A stretch of DNA of 64,000 bases from Camelus ferus (lineage: Eukaryota): assembly GCF_009834535.1 (NCBI RefSeq), contig NC_045696.1, positions 28,460,001-28,524,000 on the forward strand. The letters run 5' to 3'. The notes beneath the pieces are model-generated. The model was given only the letters and a program-made list of their open reading frames with translations. It did no database searches and was not told the DNA's origin. This document shows, piece after piece, positions 1 to 12,839 of this stretch. The position numbers were made by a program, and so were the translations under genes. Numbering within the stretch: position 1 is the stretch's first letter; each line of letters opens with the position of its first letter.

Positions 1-267
1 AAGTATATGAGTAGGCCCTATTCAATGTGACTGGTGTACTTATAAGAAGAAGAGATGTGAATACAGACACACAGACCAAGGAATGACTGTGTAAGTACAC
101 AATGAGAAGACTATCTGCAAGACAAGGAGAGAAATCTCAGAAGAAATCAAACCTGCTGACACCTTGACTTGGATTTCTAGTCTCCAGAATTACAAGAAAA
201 AAATTTTTTCTTGCTTAAGCCATCCAGTCTGTGGTGGCTTATTTTGCCAGCCTTGGCAAACTAATAT
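1..267 (+). mobile_element. MaLR LTR (MLT1B-like), 3' part, cut by window edge
   Basis: Motifs ccctattcaatgtgactggtgtacttataagaaga, cctgctgacaccttgacttggatttctagtctccagaat and the end gccagccttggcaaactaatat match the recalled MLT1 consensus. Confidence 0.9.
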
Positions 268-269
268 GG

Positions 270-1489
270 TTGGGTAGAGGGATACTGGGCTAGCAGAAAC
301 CACTCTGACCTACCAGAGACAAGGAGAAGAGTTACTGTAATATTCAGCAGGGACAGAGGACAATCTGAGAACCTTCATTGGCCCAGATTTTGATAGTAGC
401 AAAAAATATACCACAGTCCTTATGACAAAGTATACCAGATCCCACTAAAGACTTACTTGACATGTATACTTAAAAATTACATCTGCAGAAAAAAGACTTG
501 ACTGAGTCTCAAAATATACAGAGAATCCTCATATAATTCTTCAACCTGTGTCATCATATCACAGAGCCAGGGCCCCTGGATTAAAAGTGAGGGTGAGAAT
601 CTTTGAGAAGAGACTCTGATGAAAACTAACATTGTGTGGTAATGTTTTTCTCATATTTTTTTCTCAAAGGAATATGTGATTACCACAAAGACTGCCCTCA
701 GGAAAGGATAATAACCATACATTTCAATAATCATATCAATCAGTTTAACTCCTTACCCCCAGTTTTCCCAATGCATACTCAAAAATGTGCAAAAATAAAA
801 GTGTGGCCATGTGTCATGGTGTCAAATTTGAGGATTATACCTATGGCAAAAATACAGACTTCCCTTCACCAAGGTTGACCTTTCTCGTGCCAGTGCTGGG
901 TGCCTAACCTGCCAGAAAGTCCTACGTTCAGTCCCTAGACTTTACCACATTCGTGGGAGACCAGTTGGCCACCTGGTGATGGGTTGAAAACACTGTGATA
1001 CCTTTAAATCATTGAGAGGCAGCAATTTTATGTCATTTAAATCATACTCTGGGTTTTACTTGACTTCTTTGAGCAGATATCTCTTCCAATAAAGCCATCT
1101 GTGGAATTGCTGAATACCCTAATCATGATTATTCCTATAAAACATTGCTTCTGACCACATGCAGCAAAAAGATTAAGGCAATTAACTGCAACTGAACCTG
1201 ATGAAATCTTTGGTGTTACTGTCGAAATTATCCATGAGGATAATTAAAGCTTTTGCTTAGTTACAGTCCCAGATATCAGCTTATGAAGCTGGATTGCTGT
1301 CTTACTAGATATGTTCTATACTTTGAACTAGAAAATGATGCATTGTCATGTCTCACTTAGAGCCCAAATATACAGGTTCAGGAACTAAGAACATGGAATT
1401 GGAAGCAGTATTTTTCACTATAAAGTTTATCTCATTTTCACATTTATTTGTTTCTTGTTTCCAAGGCTTCAGGTTTTGGTGGTTTAGAG
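270..1489 (+). mobile_element. ERV-L internal region part 1: gag 3' end/pro start joined to RNaseH end and integrase (decayed)
   Basis: cccactaaagacttacttgacatgtata and cagagccagggcccctggattaaaag resemble the ERVL gag end. gacttcccttcaccaaggttgacc...gctgggtgcctaacctgccag, gccacctggtgatgggttga and cattgcttctgacca resemble the ERVL integrase zinc finger and core. No open frame remains. Confidence 0.8.
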
Positions 1490-2716
1490 AAAAGTGTCTG
1501 AAATCTATGACCTGTCGGCCAAACCAAGTCCACCACTTGTTTTTGTAAATTTCACTGGAACGTAGCCAAGCCTATTTGTTTTTGTGTTGTCTATGGCTGC
1601 TTTAGTGCAATAACAATAGAACTGAGTAGTTGTAAAATATAGTATACACAGCTCATACAACTTAATAATAAAAAAACAAACAACCTAATTCAAAAATAGA
1701 CAGAAGACCTGAACAAGCAATTCTTCAGTAAAGATATACAAATGGCCAGTAGGCACACGAAACAATGCTCAGTATCGCTAATTATCAGAGAAATGCAAAT
1801 CAAAATTACAATGAGGTATCACTTCACACCAGTCAGAATGGCCATCATTCAAAAGTCCATGAATAATTTAAATGCTGGAGAGGGTGTGGAAGAGAGGGTG
1901 CTGGTGGGAATGCAGTTTGGTGCAGCTACTGTGGAAAACAGTATGGAGATTCCTCAAAAGACTAGGAATAGACTTACCATATGACCCAGGAATCCCACTC
2001 CTAGGCATAGATCCAGAAGGAACCCTACTTCAAAATGACACCTGCACCCCAATGTTCATAGCAGCAATATTTACAATAGCCAAGACATGGAAACATCCTA
2101 AATGTCCATTGACAGATGACTGGATAAAGAAGAGGTAGTATATTTATACAATGGAATACTATTCAGCCATAAAAACCAATACCATAACACCATTTGCAGC
2201 AACATGGATGTTCCTGGAGAATGTCATTCTAAGTGAAGTAAGCCAGAAAAAGAAAGAAAAATACCATATGATATCACTTATATGTGGAATCTGAAAAAAA
2301 AAAAAGACAAATGAGCTTATTTACAAAACAGAAACAGACTCATAGACATAAAGAACAAACATGGTTACTGAGTGGGGCAGGGAGGAAGAGGTTAGGAAAG
2401 GATAAATTGGTAGTTTGAGATTTGCAGATTCTAACTAATACATATAAAATTAATAAACAACAAATTCATACTGTATAGCACAGGGAACTAAATTCAATAT
2501 CTTGTAGTAACTTATGGTGAAAAGAATGTGAAAACAAATATATGTATATTCATGTATGACTGAAGCATTATGCTGTACACCAGAAATTGACACAACATTG
2601 TCAACTGACTATACTTCAATAAAAATATACATGTACAAAAAAATGATAGCATATGGTCTACCAAGTATATAGTATTTACTATCTAGCCCATTTAAGAAAT
2701 AGTTTTCTTATCTTTG
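1490..2716 (-). mobile_element. MER58A-like hAT-Charlie MITE, split by an L1
   Basis: ttgtttttgtaaat...ttgtctatggctgcttt...actgagtagttg (1490-1640) resumes as atatggtc...tatttactatctagcccattta (2645-2716). 8-bp TSD gtttagag (1482-1489) / gtttagat (2717-2724). Confidence 0.85.
1644..2643 (+). mobile_element. 5'-truncated young LINE-1 (ORF2 C-terminus plus 3' UTR), camelid-type
   Basis: ORFs 1742-1984 and 1872-2138 give L1 ORF2 peptides ([38 protein letters not shown]). G-rich 3' UTR, aataaa at 2618 and A tail. Degenerate TSD aaaatatagtata / aaaatgatagcata. Confidence 0.95.
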
Positions 2717-3713
2717 GTTTAGATTTCATAGTATCTAAGGAGGGAATGTATTGAAAGTGTTTGCCAGAGAATGCAAAAATGGTTTCTTGAAATCAGAACT
2801 AAAATATCATCTTCCAATTTGGGGTTCTCAATGTCACTGTTTGAACTGGTAAATGTGAGTTTCCAGCATTGAATTAGGTGATTATACTTATAAAGGCAAA
2901 TATGTTTGCTGCTACATAATGAAGAGCAAGTACACTTGGAAATGGATAATGAAAGTGTTCGGAAGACTAAGCAAACCCCTATGCGAAGGACCACCATGAA
3001 TTGATACTCCTCAGGAACAGAGATTTGGATCACTCCTGTCAGGTAACAAACTTCAGTCACCTTAAGTGCTAGCTGTGAACAAAGGGGATATAGATACCAC
3101 AGTGGAGGAGGAAATCGTAAATACCAATTGAAGCCATGTGACCAGTTATAAAGCTAAGTACTGAATTATCTGTTCCTATACTTTCTTTGCGGTATCACAA
3201 ATTTATACACAACTCTTAAATAATTTTTCTTTCCCTTAGTCTACTTCTGCAGTTATTTTAAATACTAATTTTAGTTGTGTAAGTTTAAAAATTTATATAT
3301 AGAATAAAATATAGAATTAGGGTGGAGTGAGAGGAAAAATGGGTATCACTCAGATATCTGGAGAAATCAAAACCAACACTTGATTTTGAATTAGCAAATG
3401 AGGCTTTGGGTTGCCCTACTCTTGAGAAGTGAGTGATCAAAACCGCTGTGCTGCACAAATCTGGGTGGTATCCTTTATATTTTATTGTATGAAATTTTTA
3501 GCACATAGAATAAAATGTGACTAGAGCACCCTGTTTAACTCATATTCAACATGGCGGCCTGGAAAGTCAGCAGTATTTTATTTTCATGTTTATGAGTGAT
3601 ATTTATAATATGGAAGGGACACACATCAGTTGTGGTTGTTGTTCTGGCTGTCATTATTGTTTGGAAGTTTAAGTATGGAAGAACATGGGTAGGGATGCTG
3701 GACTCTAGTGGAC
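2717..3713 (+). mobile_element. ERV-L internal region part 2: dUTPase/integrase C-terminus and 3' untranslated region
   Basis: cctcaggaacagagatttggatcactcc...gtgctagctgtgaacaaagggga...taaataccaattgaagccatgtgaccagtta matches the recalled ERVL pol end. ggaagtttaagtatgg...gtggac resembles the sequence just before the 3' LTR. Confidence 0.75.
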
Positions 3714-4150
3714 ATTGCTATGACTGGAGTCCCCTCACATCCCTTAAAAATTCTTCAAGAAGGATCTCCCTACCCCGAATACAAGCTAGTGCTGTTCTTT
3801 CCCAACATCCTTTGAAGAGAGGACATGGGAGGGTAATTTAGGGACTCAATCATATGTATCCCAAACAAAGTTTCAATTCAGAGCAGGGCAATGGGAGAAC
3901 GCAGGGGCCAGGTGGAACCTGAGATTTAGTGAGGGCAGCAAGGAGTGAAGTTCTGCTCTGAGACCTGGTGGCAGTGGCTTACAGGCAGCCCGAAGACAAG
4001 CTCAGGCAATGTTATCAGGTGCATATCCTTCAAACAGGGCTATCGGTCCGCACAGAGTGTTGAATTGCCTAATATTTTCTTATACATGCTTCTTCCTGAA
4101 CTAGATAGGGTGGGGTTTGTTTTTGTCATGTAAGGGTCCTGAATGAAATG
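3714..4150 (+). mobile_element. ERV-L class 3' LTR (LTR33/LTR40/LTR41-like)
   Basis: Follows the ERVL internal end directly. The 3' end cctgaactagatagggtggggtttgtttttgtcatgtaagggtcctgaatgaaat resembles ERVL LTR termini. Confidence 0.55.
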
Positions 4151-6179
4151 CCATTATTTTATAGTAATTGTAATGTGAGCAACAGTGAACTGAATGGTAC
4201 AGTTCTAGGATAACAAATTGTTGTACCCATGATTTCCATTATATGTGTAATTACATTGACATTGTTTATAAATAATTTCTACATATTGGAAAGAAAGGAT
4301 GGTGAAGATTTTGATCTATCTCAAGTAGAAGTATTATATTTTATCAATCACCACACATCTTATCTACCAGTTATTTAATATAAATACCATCACTCCTGGC
4401 ATGTTATTTCACTCACATTAGAAATATGGCTGGAATAATTGAAGCAGGAAATTGACAGAAATAGATAAAATGTCAAATTCACCCTGCTGGCACCGCTTCG
4501 CCCCAAGGCACACACTCGTTTTATTTTACTTTTTAACAATTCTCTTTCTTTTAATTAAATTATACAATTTACACTGTTTAATAGGTGAATATCTGGTAAA
4601 AGTTAACAGCCATCTTGTACATGATGTTTTATTTATGTTTTATTTCAAGTGCATAAATCTAGCCCTCTGATTTTTTTGTACTTAGTCCTAGTGGATTGTT
4701 ATTTTTACATGTGGCTTATAAACAACATTTCAAAAATTGTAAACATGGATACAGAATACTTGTGGCAGTTTTCCAAATTAATTAACTAATTAACACACCA
4801 TATGTGGCAGCCTACCAATATATGTATCCATGAAACAGCATCTGTGTGTGTGTGTGCGTGTGTTGGGGAGAGGAAATCATCAGGAAAATAAAATCTAAAT
4901 ACCAATCCCTTCCTTTACATCTGAAATTTCATGATATATTTAAGACTGTGTATGAAGGGATAACACATATTAAAAGCTATGTTATGCCTTTGGAATCTTT
5001 AATGCCTCTCTAGATCCTTACTATTGACAGCAAATATAGCTAATTTAAATTAACATACTCTTTATATCTTATACAACTGAAATCTATTAATTTTATAATT
5101 AAATATGTTACAATAATGAAATATTAACCCAAAATATAATCAAATTAGCCTTTAGTAGGAAAAACTGTTTTAGATTAGAAAAATATCTTTTCAATATATT
5201 CTTATTCAGAATTATGGAAATTCAATTATGGTTAATATTTTAAAATATATAAAGATAGTTACTTCTAAATTTTAATGAAATTATTCTCTTTTTAAGGACA
5301 CTATTACTTGTTGCTGTCAGTCTCAAACTCTTTTGGATAAAGTAGTTTTCAAATATATAAACTAAATGTTAAGTGTTGTAGTTTCATTCCATGAAATGCA
5401 AACATTCTCTTTGATAAAATTTATTTATTCTACCATCTATAGTGTACATTTCTGTAGATATCCAGAAACCAGTATATCATAAAAAAGAGAAATGCATGAT
5501 AAGAATAAGGATCAAAAAACTGTAGTGAAAAATAAATGATAGTCTCCAATACTTTGTTAGTGGAAACAGAAAATACACAAACTTGAAATACTAAAAGATG
5601 GTATAAAAGTCCTTCAGTTTTACTCCCAGCCTGCCAATAAAACAAGACTCAATAAAATCAGGTAGGCAAAGTGCTATTTCCCACACATACGCCTCTCCCA
5701 TCAATATCTCACATTGTACACCTGCAGTTTCAAAACAAACCAAAAAAACAGAAGAGCACCAAGAAGTGATATGATGTACTTCCTAAAGTGTGGTGCAGAC
5801 GCAGTCTTTCAGATGTGTAATTTCCTAGATAACAAATTTACTAGAGTCATTGATACGTTAGTTTATCTTTGGTTCAAGGAAAGTTTGAGATAGACGTGTT
5901 GTTTAGTTTCCCCTGTAACACAGACATATGTATTTTGTCTTTCAGAGTTTATTATACCATTTGTATAAAATTACAAATGATAACTGATAAGATTATAAGG
6001 TTATCAGAGTTTAAAAACAGTTTTCCAGATGAAAGTATTATATTTATGAGCTTCAAAAAGTCTCAAGATAGAATAAGGACATTTACACATAATTTTAAAA
6101 AATCATGGTGGTGACATACAGGGTAAGATAATAGAATATTGTGACCTTTGTCAAGGATCTACTACAGTTGTTACATATA

Positions 6180-6830
6180 GCTTGATTGTTTTCTTCTTGC
6201 ATGTGTATAAAAAATTATTTCTGTCTCTCTAGAATTACTGTTGTTCTAAACTGCTGTTTAAAATAGTTTGTAGTTTCTCAATTACTTACTTTGTTCCCAG
6301 AATTAAAGTCTTTCACTACTAAGTGTAATGTTATCAGGGTTTTTTTGTAGCTTCCTTTTATCAATTTAAGGACATCCTCTTTTATTCCTAATATGATGAT
6401 AATTTTTTATAATGAATGTACATTAAATTTTATTAAATCCTTTTACTATATCAATCATGCATTTTTCCTTTTTTACTGTGTCAACATGGAGCTTACATTT
6501 GAAATATTAAGTCATTCTTGTTTTTTCAGGATAAATGCTACTTAGTTGTTATGTATTATTAGTTTTATATATTTATAAATTATAATATATATTTATTATA
6601 TATTACTCATATTTATTTACATGTTGCTAGAAACTATTTGCTAATATATTATAGAGGAATTTACATCTATACTTATGATAAATATTGTTCTCTTTTCTAG
6701 TAATGTCTTGGTCTGGTTGTGGTATCAGAGTAACGCTGGCTTGATAATATGTGTTGTAAGTTTTCCTTCCTCTTTAAATTTCAGAGCTTGTGAAGTATTT
6801 GTACCATTTCTTCCTTAATTATTGGGCAAC
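6180..6830 (-). mobile_element. Old L1M ORF2 fragment
   Basis: Antisense L1 ORF2 motifs tttcactactaagtgtaatgtta and gtcttggtctggttgtggtatcagagtaacgctggcttga. Confidence 0.75.
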
Positions 6831-9374
6831 ACTGAATATTTTGAAGGCTATGAAAGATTTTTAAATAAAATACAACATAATTTAAAGAACACAGTTACAA
6901 AAAATATTAAAATCATTTTGGACACAATTTGAATTACAGTAATTTTTTTAAGTTTTAAACATTCTTAAAATCTGATTGATGGTGGACATCCAAGAAAGTG
7001 TTTAGTGGAAGGTTTACCTTTTTAACTCAAAATAAGCATTTCTACAAACGATTTGTTAATCCCATTGTGTACATGTGTATGTGTATATATATATGTACAT
7101 GTACACACATGCATGGATATGAACATATATTTCTTACTTTCCCTAAATTCTGTCAGTTGCTTATTTTGGATTAGCAGAATATCTCAGCCTGTTCAGACAC
7201 AATTATGAATTATGTTTACTACAACCAAGGCTAAATATATTTCTACTCCATAGTCTTCCAAATCTAGTCAGGACATTCTGTGTTTACAACAATGCTATGC
7301 CCCTTTAAAATTTCTAGTCACATTATCACCACAGAAACAAATAATTTTTTCTTCAACATTAAACTTTCAACTTAGTTTATAAAAGCATTCATAGGGATAT
7401 CTGATGTGGTACTTTCAGCAGAATAAACTTCAAAAATCTAAACACTGAGTTCATGAATTGAACCAAAAAAGAGGTCTATTAATGGAATTTATCTAACCGA
7501 TTTTCTATTTGAAGCACATAATACAAAATTGACATAACTATTTGCTATCTCCTTATGAAGCTGAAAAATTCACAATCTCTTCTCTTCACTTTTCGTATGT
7601 GCCAAATTAATTTGAAGAAAGTCTAAAAATTAGCCAAATTAATTTAGCAAGATAATCATTTGTTCAAAATAAAAAAGTCATGTTTCACAGAGTAATACAT
7701 AAATGCACTTCTACAAGTATAAATGTCAAATTTTGGTCTTCAGGGAATTATTTTTCCCAAATAGTTACTAACTTCTGAGTAAGTGCTGCAGTTTCTTTAG
7801 CATATTTGTATCACCTAGTTTGCATATGATTTTGGCCATGAACAGAGACCTGACAATGGATGATTAATGTCAGCAAACATTTTGTGCAAATCACATGCTT
7901 ATTTTGAATATTTTAGGAAAAAGAGATGCAGTTCTTGATTTTTTGTTAAGTATAAATTTTATTGGTAGGTTGTGCTCATTGCTTCCAATGGCTATACAAA
8001 AAATTGAAAAGTGTCTGCAGACAATAAAGTTAATAAATAGTGTAGAATCAACCCATAAAACAAATGACAAAACCAATATAATGAAAGATGTCATATTACT
8101 TCTGTATACTCTAAGGCAGGACTGTTTAGCCTCTTTTCCCTATGTATATTTCACATGGACCTAATTTATAATTGTCATATCTCTCTTGAATTGTATACCT
8201 GACAGGCGGCGGGATACCAGGCCAGCACACCAAATGCCCAGCTAGGGTAAAGGTATTGCATATTCCTCCTACTAATAGATGCTCAAGAGTCACAGGTCCT
8301 AGTTGTCCTAAGCATTGATGTCAGAGGACACTTCATATCATCAGTAAGTTCAGTACATGGAGGAAATCTACTAACCCATTGTAGCTTACTTTAATAAAAC
8401 AATTACTAAAAATGCCTCGCTAAAAATGAAAAATCCCACCAAGCACTAAATTGCAGGAGATACTGGGACAGCAGGAACAAACCAATCTGATCACAGACAC
8501 ATCAAGATATATGCCACCCTGGTTAGATGAGCCATTCATTTTCCTTTCTCTTGGCTACCATACCTGCATATTTTTACATTGTCACATAGCAAGAATACTT
8601 TTTATAGATGAAACTGAATCTTCATTGATTTGACTGTAAGCTGATTTTAAACTTTGGAACAACAATTCAAAGCCATGTAATGTTTGAGTCCACAGAATCT
8701 CATCCATGAATATGTGATAGTTGAAGGAGAAATAAGCTAAGAAAACCAAAAGCAGAGAGGAGGATGGTGGGTTATAAAGACGAAAAGAGGCATTTTCAGT
8801 TACTAATTCATTTACTTAATACATATTTATTAAATGCAACGCTTACACCCTTTAACTACACTCTATCTTGTTAATAATGCTACATGTTACAGTGGACATA
8901 TTTATATTTGCAGGCATTTATATTTGAACTCTGTGAATTATAGCTGTAATATGATTTGCTTTTTTACCTTGCTATACTGTGCTAATCCAGAGGATTTCTG
9001 TAGCCTTCTTTTGAGCACTGACTCTTTTGATATTTTTGTTACTGTTGTTGTTTTGGCCAGAGTCCATTTTGGAATACTTCTAGTCAGGAAGTCTATCTAC
9101 TTGCAACCTGAAAAATATTTTAATGTTTCTTTTCACAGTTGAGTGATAACTGCATGTAGAAATCTATAATAAAATATTTTTTCCTCAGAACTTTGTAAGC
9201 CTTACTTTACTGGTAAAAATCAGATTCTGGTTCTTTACAATAAGCCATCTTTTTTCTCCTTTTTGATACTTTTAACAATTACTTTTTTTACTTTGAACTT
9301 TTGAGAAATTTCCCAAGAATGTGGCTGTGCATAGATTTTGTTTTTGTTTTTTCACCCAGGGTAGGTAAATTCAT

Positions 9375-10130
9375 TAAATTGTTAACTGAGGTGTTTAATT
9401 TCTTTGGAGCAATTGTAAATGGCATTATGGTTTTAACTTTGAGTCCCACAACTTCATTGTTAGTATAGAGACATCTGATTAATTTTAACTTGCTGATGTT
9501 ATATCCTTTGATCTTACTGAGCATGTGTTATTTTTAGGAGATTTTGGTAGATTCCTCGGGATTTTCAAAGTAGACAATCCTGTCATCTGCAAATAGGAAA
9601 TTTTACATCTTCCATTCAATTTATATGCATTTATTATTTATTTTATTTGCCTTATTGCAGAGATGAGAACTTGCTATACTATGTTGAGTAAGACTGATGA
9701 GGGTAGAAATTCTTGCCTTGTTCCTGAGCTTAGAGAGGAAGTGTTCAGTGTTTATTAGTAAGTATTATGTTACCAGTTTTTCATAGATTCTTTTTTATCA
9801 AGTTGAGGATATTCCCCTCTGTTCATAGTTTTTGCAAGATTTTTACCAAAATATGTGTTGGATTTTATCAATTGCTTTTTCTAAACACATTAATATGATG
9901 ATATAATGTTTTCTTCTTTATCATATTGATACAGTGGATTGCACTGATTGAATTTTGAATTTTAAACCAGGCTTGTGTATCTGAAATAAACTCCACTTGG
10001 TCATGATATATAAGTCCTTTTATTTATTGTTGGATTTAATTTGCTAAAATTTTGTTAGACTATTTATTCCAAGTTTATGAGAGATATTTGACTAAATTTT
10101 TTTCTTTCTTTTTTGTGAATTTTTTTTTTC
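9375..10130 (-). mobile_element. L1M ORF2 reverse-transcriptase fragment
   Basis: tgtcatctgcaaatag is the antisense of the LFADD catalytic motif. ORF 9288-9524 (SKIKGYNIS...MPFTIA) is L1 RT-like. Confidence 0.85.
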
Positions 10131-10189
10131 TATAAAGATAGAATGATGTTAACTTGAAGACACTTGAATCTTATCTCAGGTTATTGGTT

Positions 10190-10790
10190 TTCTTAGTCTG
10201 GATCCCTTGAAAGTAGAGTCTGAAGCAAGACCTTGGATGTTACTTTCTTATTTATGAGATAATATAAGGAAGTTGGAGTGAGGGAGTGGGCAAAATGTGA
10301 CAATAAGCAGAAAAAAATAATCAATGTTGTGTTGTTGAATCAGTATAGGCAGTAGATGGTAAACAATAGGGCTGAATCTCCTGGGGATACTCTGAGGAAC
10401 TGATACATCCTGTTATGGATTGAATTATGCCCCTTTCAAAAAAAAATACGTATATATATATATATACACGTATATATATATATATATATATATATATACG
10501 TGTGTATATATATATCAAAGAACGAGAGACTGGGACACTTAATGTACTGATTCCTGTTCCCTTTGCTTGACATTTGACCCCATTACTATTAACTCATTCA
10601 CACTTTGGATGTGTGCTGTCCATGAGCTGATAAAAATCCTACACCTTTGGAGGAAACTTCCAAGCAATAAATAAATAAATAAATAAGAAGAAGTCTGAGA
10701 TGCAGATGCTTCTTGCAAGCCGTAAATGTGCACAGGAAACTCCCCAACAGCTACAGTAAAGTTAAAGGTGGGCTGACATGATGTGATACC
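10190..10790 (-). mobile_element. ERV-L LTR16-like solo LTR
   Basis: tcttagtctggatcccttgaaagtagagtctgaagcaagac...gtgagggagtggg...gggctgaatctcctggggatactctgagga matches recalled antisense LTR16. Interrupted by a (TA)n tract. Confidence 0.7.
10447..10515. repeat. (TA)n-based alternating purine-pyrimidine microsatellite
   Basis: tacgtatata...cacgtatata...tacgtgtgtatatatatat seen directly. Confidence 0.95.
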
Positions 10791-10970
10791 TTGTCATTCT
10801 TACATTATTAACTCCTTCATTCTCTTTTCGATATTTATTTTTTAAAGTTGAAGTTAGACAAATAAAAGCTTTCTGGATTTAATTCCTAATATCTCTCAAT
10901 TTTCTTTTCTGTTTCCATATTTTAAGTGTTTGCATTAGTCTGTGAATCACTCAATTTTTCTTATAGTCTT

Positions 10971-12093
10971 TTTTTTAGCATTTTTTATTGATTTACAATC
11001 ATTTTACAATGTTGTGTCAAACTCTAGTGTAGAGTACAATTTTTCAGTTATACATGAACATATATATATATTCATTGTCACATTTTTTTCTCTGTGAACT
11101 ACCACAAGATCTTGTATATATTTCCCTGTGCTATACAGTATAATCTTGTTTATCTATTCTATATTTTGAAATTCCAGTCTATCCCTTCCCACCCCCTGCC
11201 CCCTTGGCAACCACAAGTTTGTATTCTGTGTCTATGAGTCTGTTTCAGTTTTGTATTTATGGTTTTGTTTTGTTTTGTTTTGTTTTGTTTAGATTCCACG
11301 TATGAGCGATCTCACATGGTATTTTTCTTTCTCTTTCTGGCTTACTTCACTTAGGAATGACATTCTCCAGGAACATCCATGTTGCTGCAAATGGTGTTAT
11401 GGTATTGGTTTTTATGGCTGAATAGTATTCCATTGTATAAATATACTACCTCTTCTTTATCCAGTCATCTGTCGATGGACATTTAGGCTGTTTCCATGTC
11501 TTGGCTATTGTAAATGTTGCTGCTATGAACATTGGGGTGCAGGTGTCTTTTTGAAGTAGGGTTCCTTCTGGATATATGCCTAGGAGCAGGATTCCTGGGT
11601 CATATGGTAAGTCTATTCCTAGTCTTTTGAGGAATCTCCAGTAGTGTTTTCCAAAGCGGCTGTACCAAACTGCATTCCCACCAGCAATGTAGTAGGGTTC
11701 CCTTTTCTCCACAGCCTCTCCAGCATTTGTCATTTGTGGATTTTTGAATGACGGCCATTCTGACTGGTGTGAGGTGATACCTCATTGTAGTTTTGATTTG
11801 CATTTCTCTGATAATTAGTAATATTGAGCATTGTTTCATGTGCCTGTTGATTGATCATTTGTATTTCTTGCTTGGAGAACTGCTTGTTTAGGTCTTCTGC
11901 CCATTTTTGGATTGTGGTGTTTGTTTTTTTCTTATTATGTCGTATGAGCTGCTTATATATTCTTGAAATCAAGCCTTTGTTCATTTAAAAAACTTTTCTC
12001 CCATTCTGTAGATTGTCTTTTTGTTTTACTTATGGTTTCCTTGGCTGTGCAGAAGCTTGTAAGTTTAATTAGGTCCCATTTGTTTATTCTTGC
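10971..12093 (-). mobile_element. 5'-truncated young LINE-1, camelid-type, with TSD
   Basis: ORFs 11446-11733, 11600-11839 and 11730-11984 are frameshifted L1 ORF2 C-terminal pieces. T tract at 10971. Perfect 9-bp TSD tatagtctt at 10962-10970 and 12094-12102. Confidence 0.97.
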
Positions 12094-12839
12094 TATAGTC
12101 TTATATTAAGTTTCTTTATGATTACGGTGATGGCTATATCCAAAATTATATATTTTTCTGTGAAACTTGAAAATTCTACCAATGTATGATTAAACATCAT
12201 TTCTTTGCACTGCATTGTGCCAGATCACTATTTTAGGGTGTTTTTGAAAATTCCCATTTTTAACATACTGTTTGACTTCTCTATTTTAGAATCTAAATAA
12301 CCAATTCAAAATAGCCTTAAAATTTCTTCACTTTAAATTTGATTTTAGAAGTTAATCCTAAATCCATTTGAGTGTATTTTTTGTGAATGAAATATCTGTA
12401 TCTATATTTATATTTATGGCTTCATTTATATTTTTGACTATTCTTTAACCACTCATCACACTCTTTCCATTTTTGGTAACACATATATATACAGAAAATT
12501 ACATAAAGCATATAATATACTATAAATCATTATATAGCAAATATGCAAGTAATTCATCAGAAGAAATGGGACAACATAAACCCAGAATTCTCCCTGTGCT
12601 CTTTCCTAACCATACCATCCGCCTTTTTGAGGTCACCACTGCCATTACTTTGTAATAATTATTGTCTTACTTTCATTCATAGTTTTAAAAGGCATATATC
12701 TAAACCTCAAAAATTATATAATCTAATTTTTCCTATTGTTGATCTTTATATAAAATAATCTATATCATATTTATTATTTCAGACTTCGTTTTGTTCAACC
12801 TTACAATGGCATTTTCCCTGCGTATGGGTTATAGTTTCT

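Noticed and set aside
1742..2138. L1-like ORFs as functional genes (also 11446-11984 and 33376-33645)
   Set aside because: Frameshifted fragments of 5'-truncated L1 ORF2.
8199..8212. CTCF-like motif ctgacaggcggcgg
   Set aside because: Three mismatches in the core consensus.
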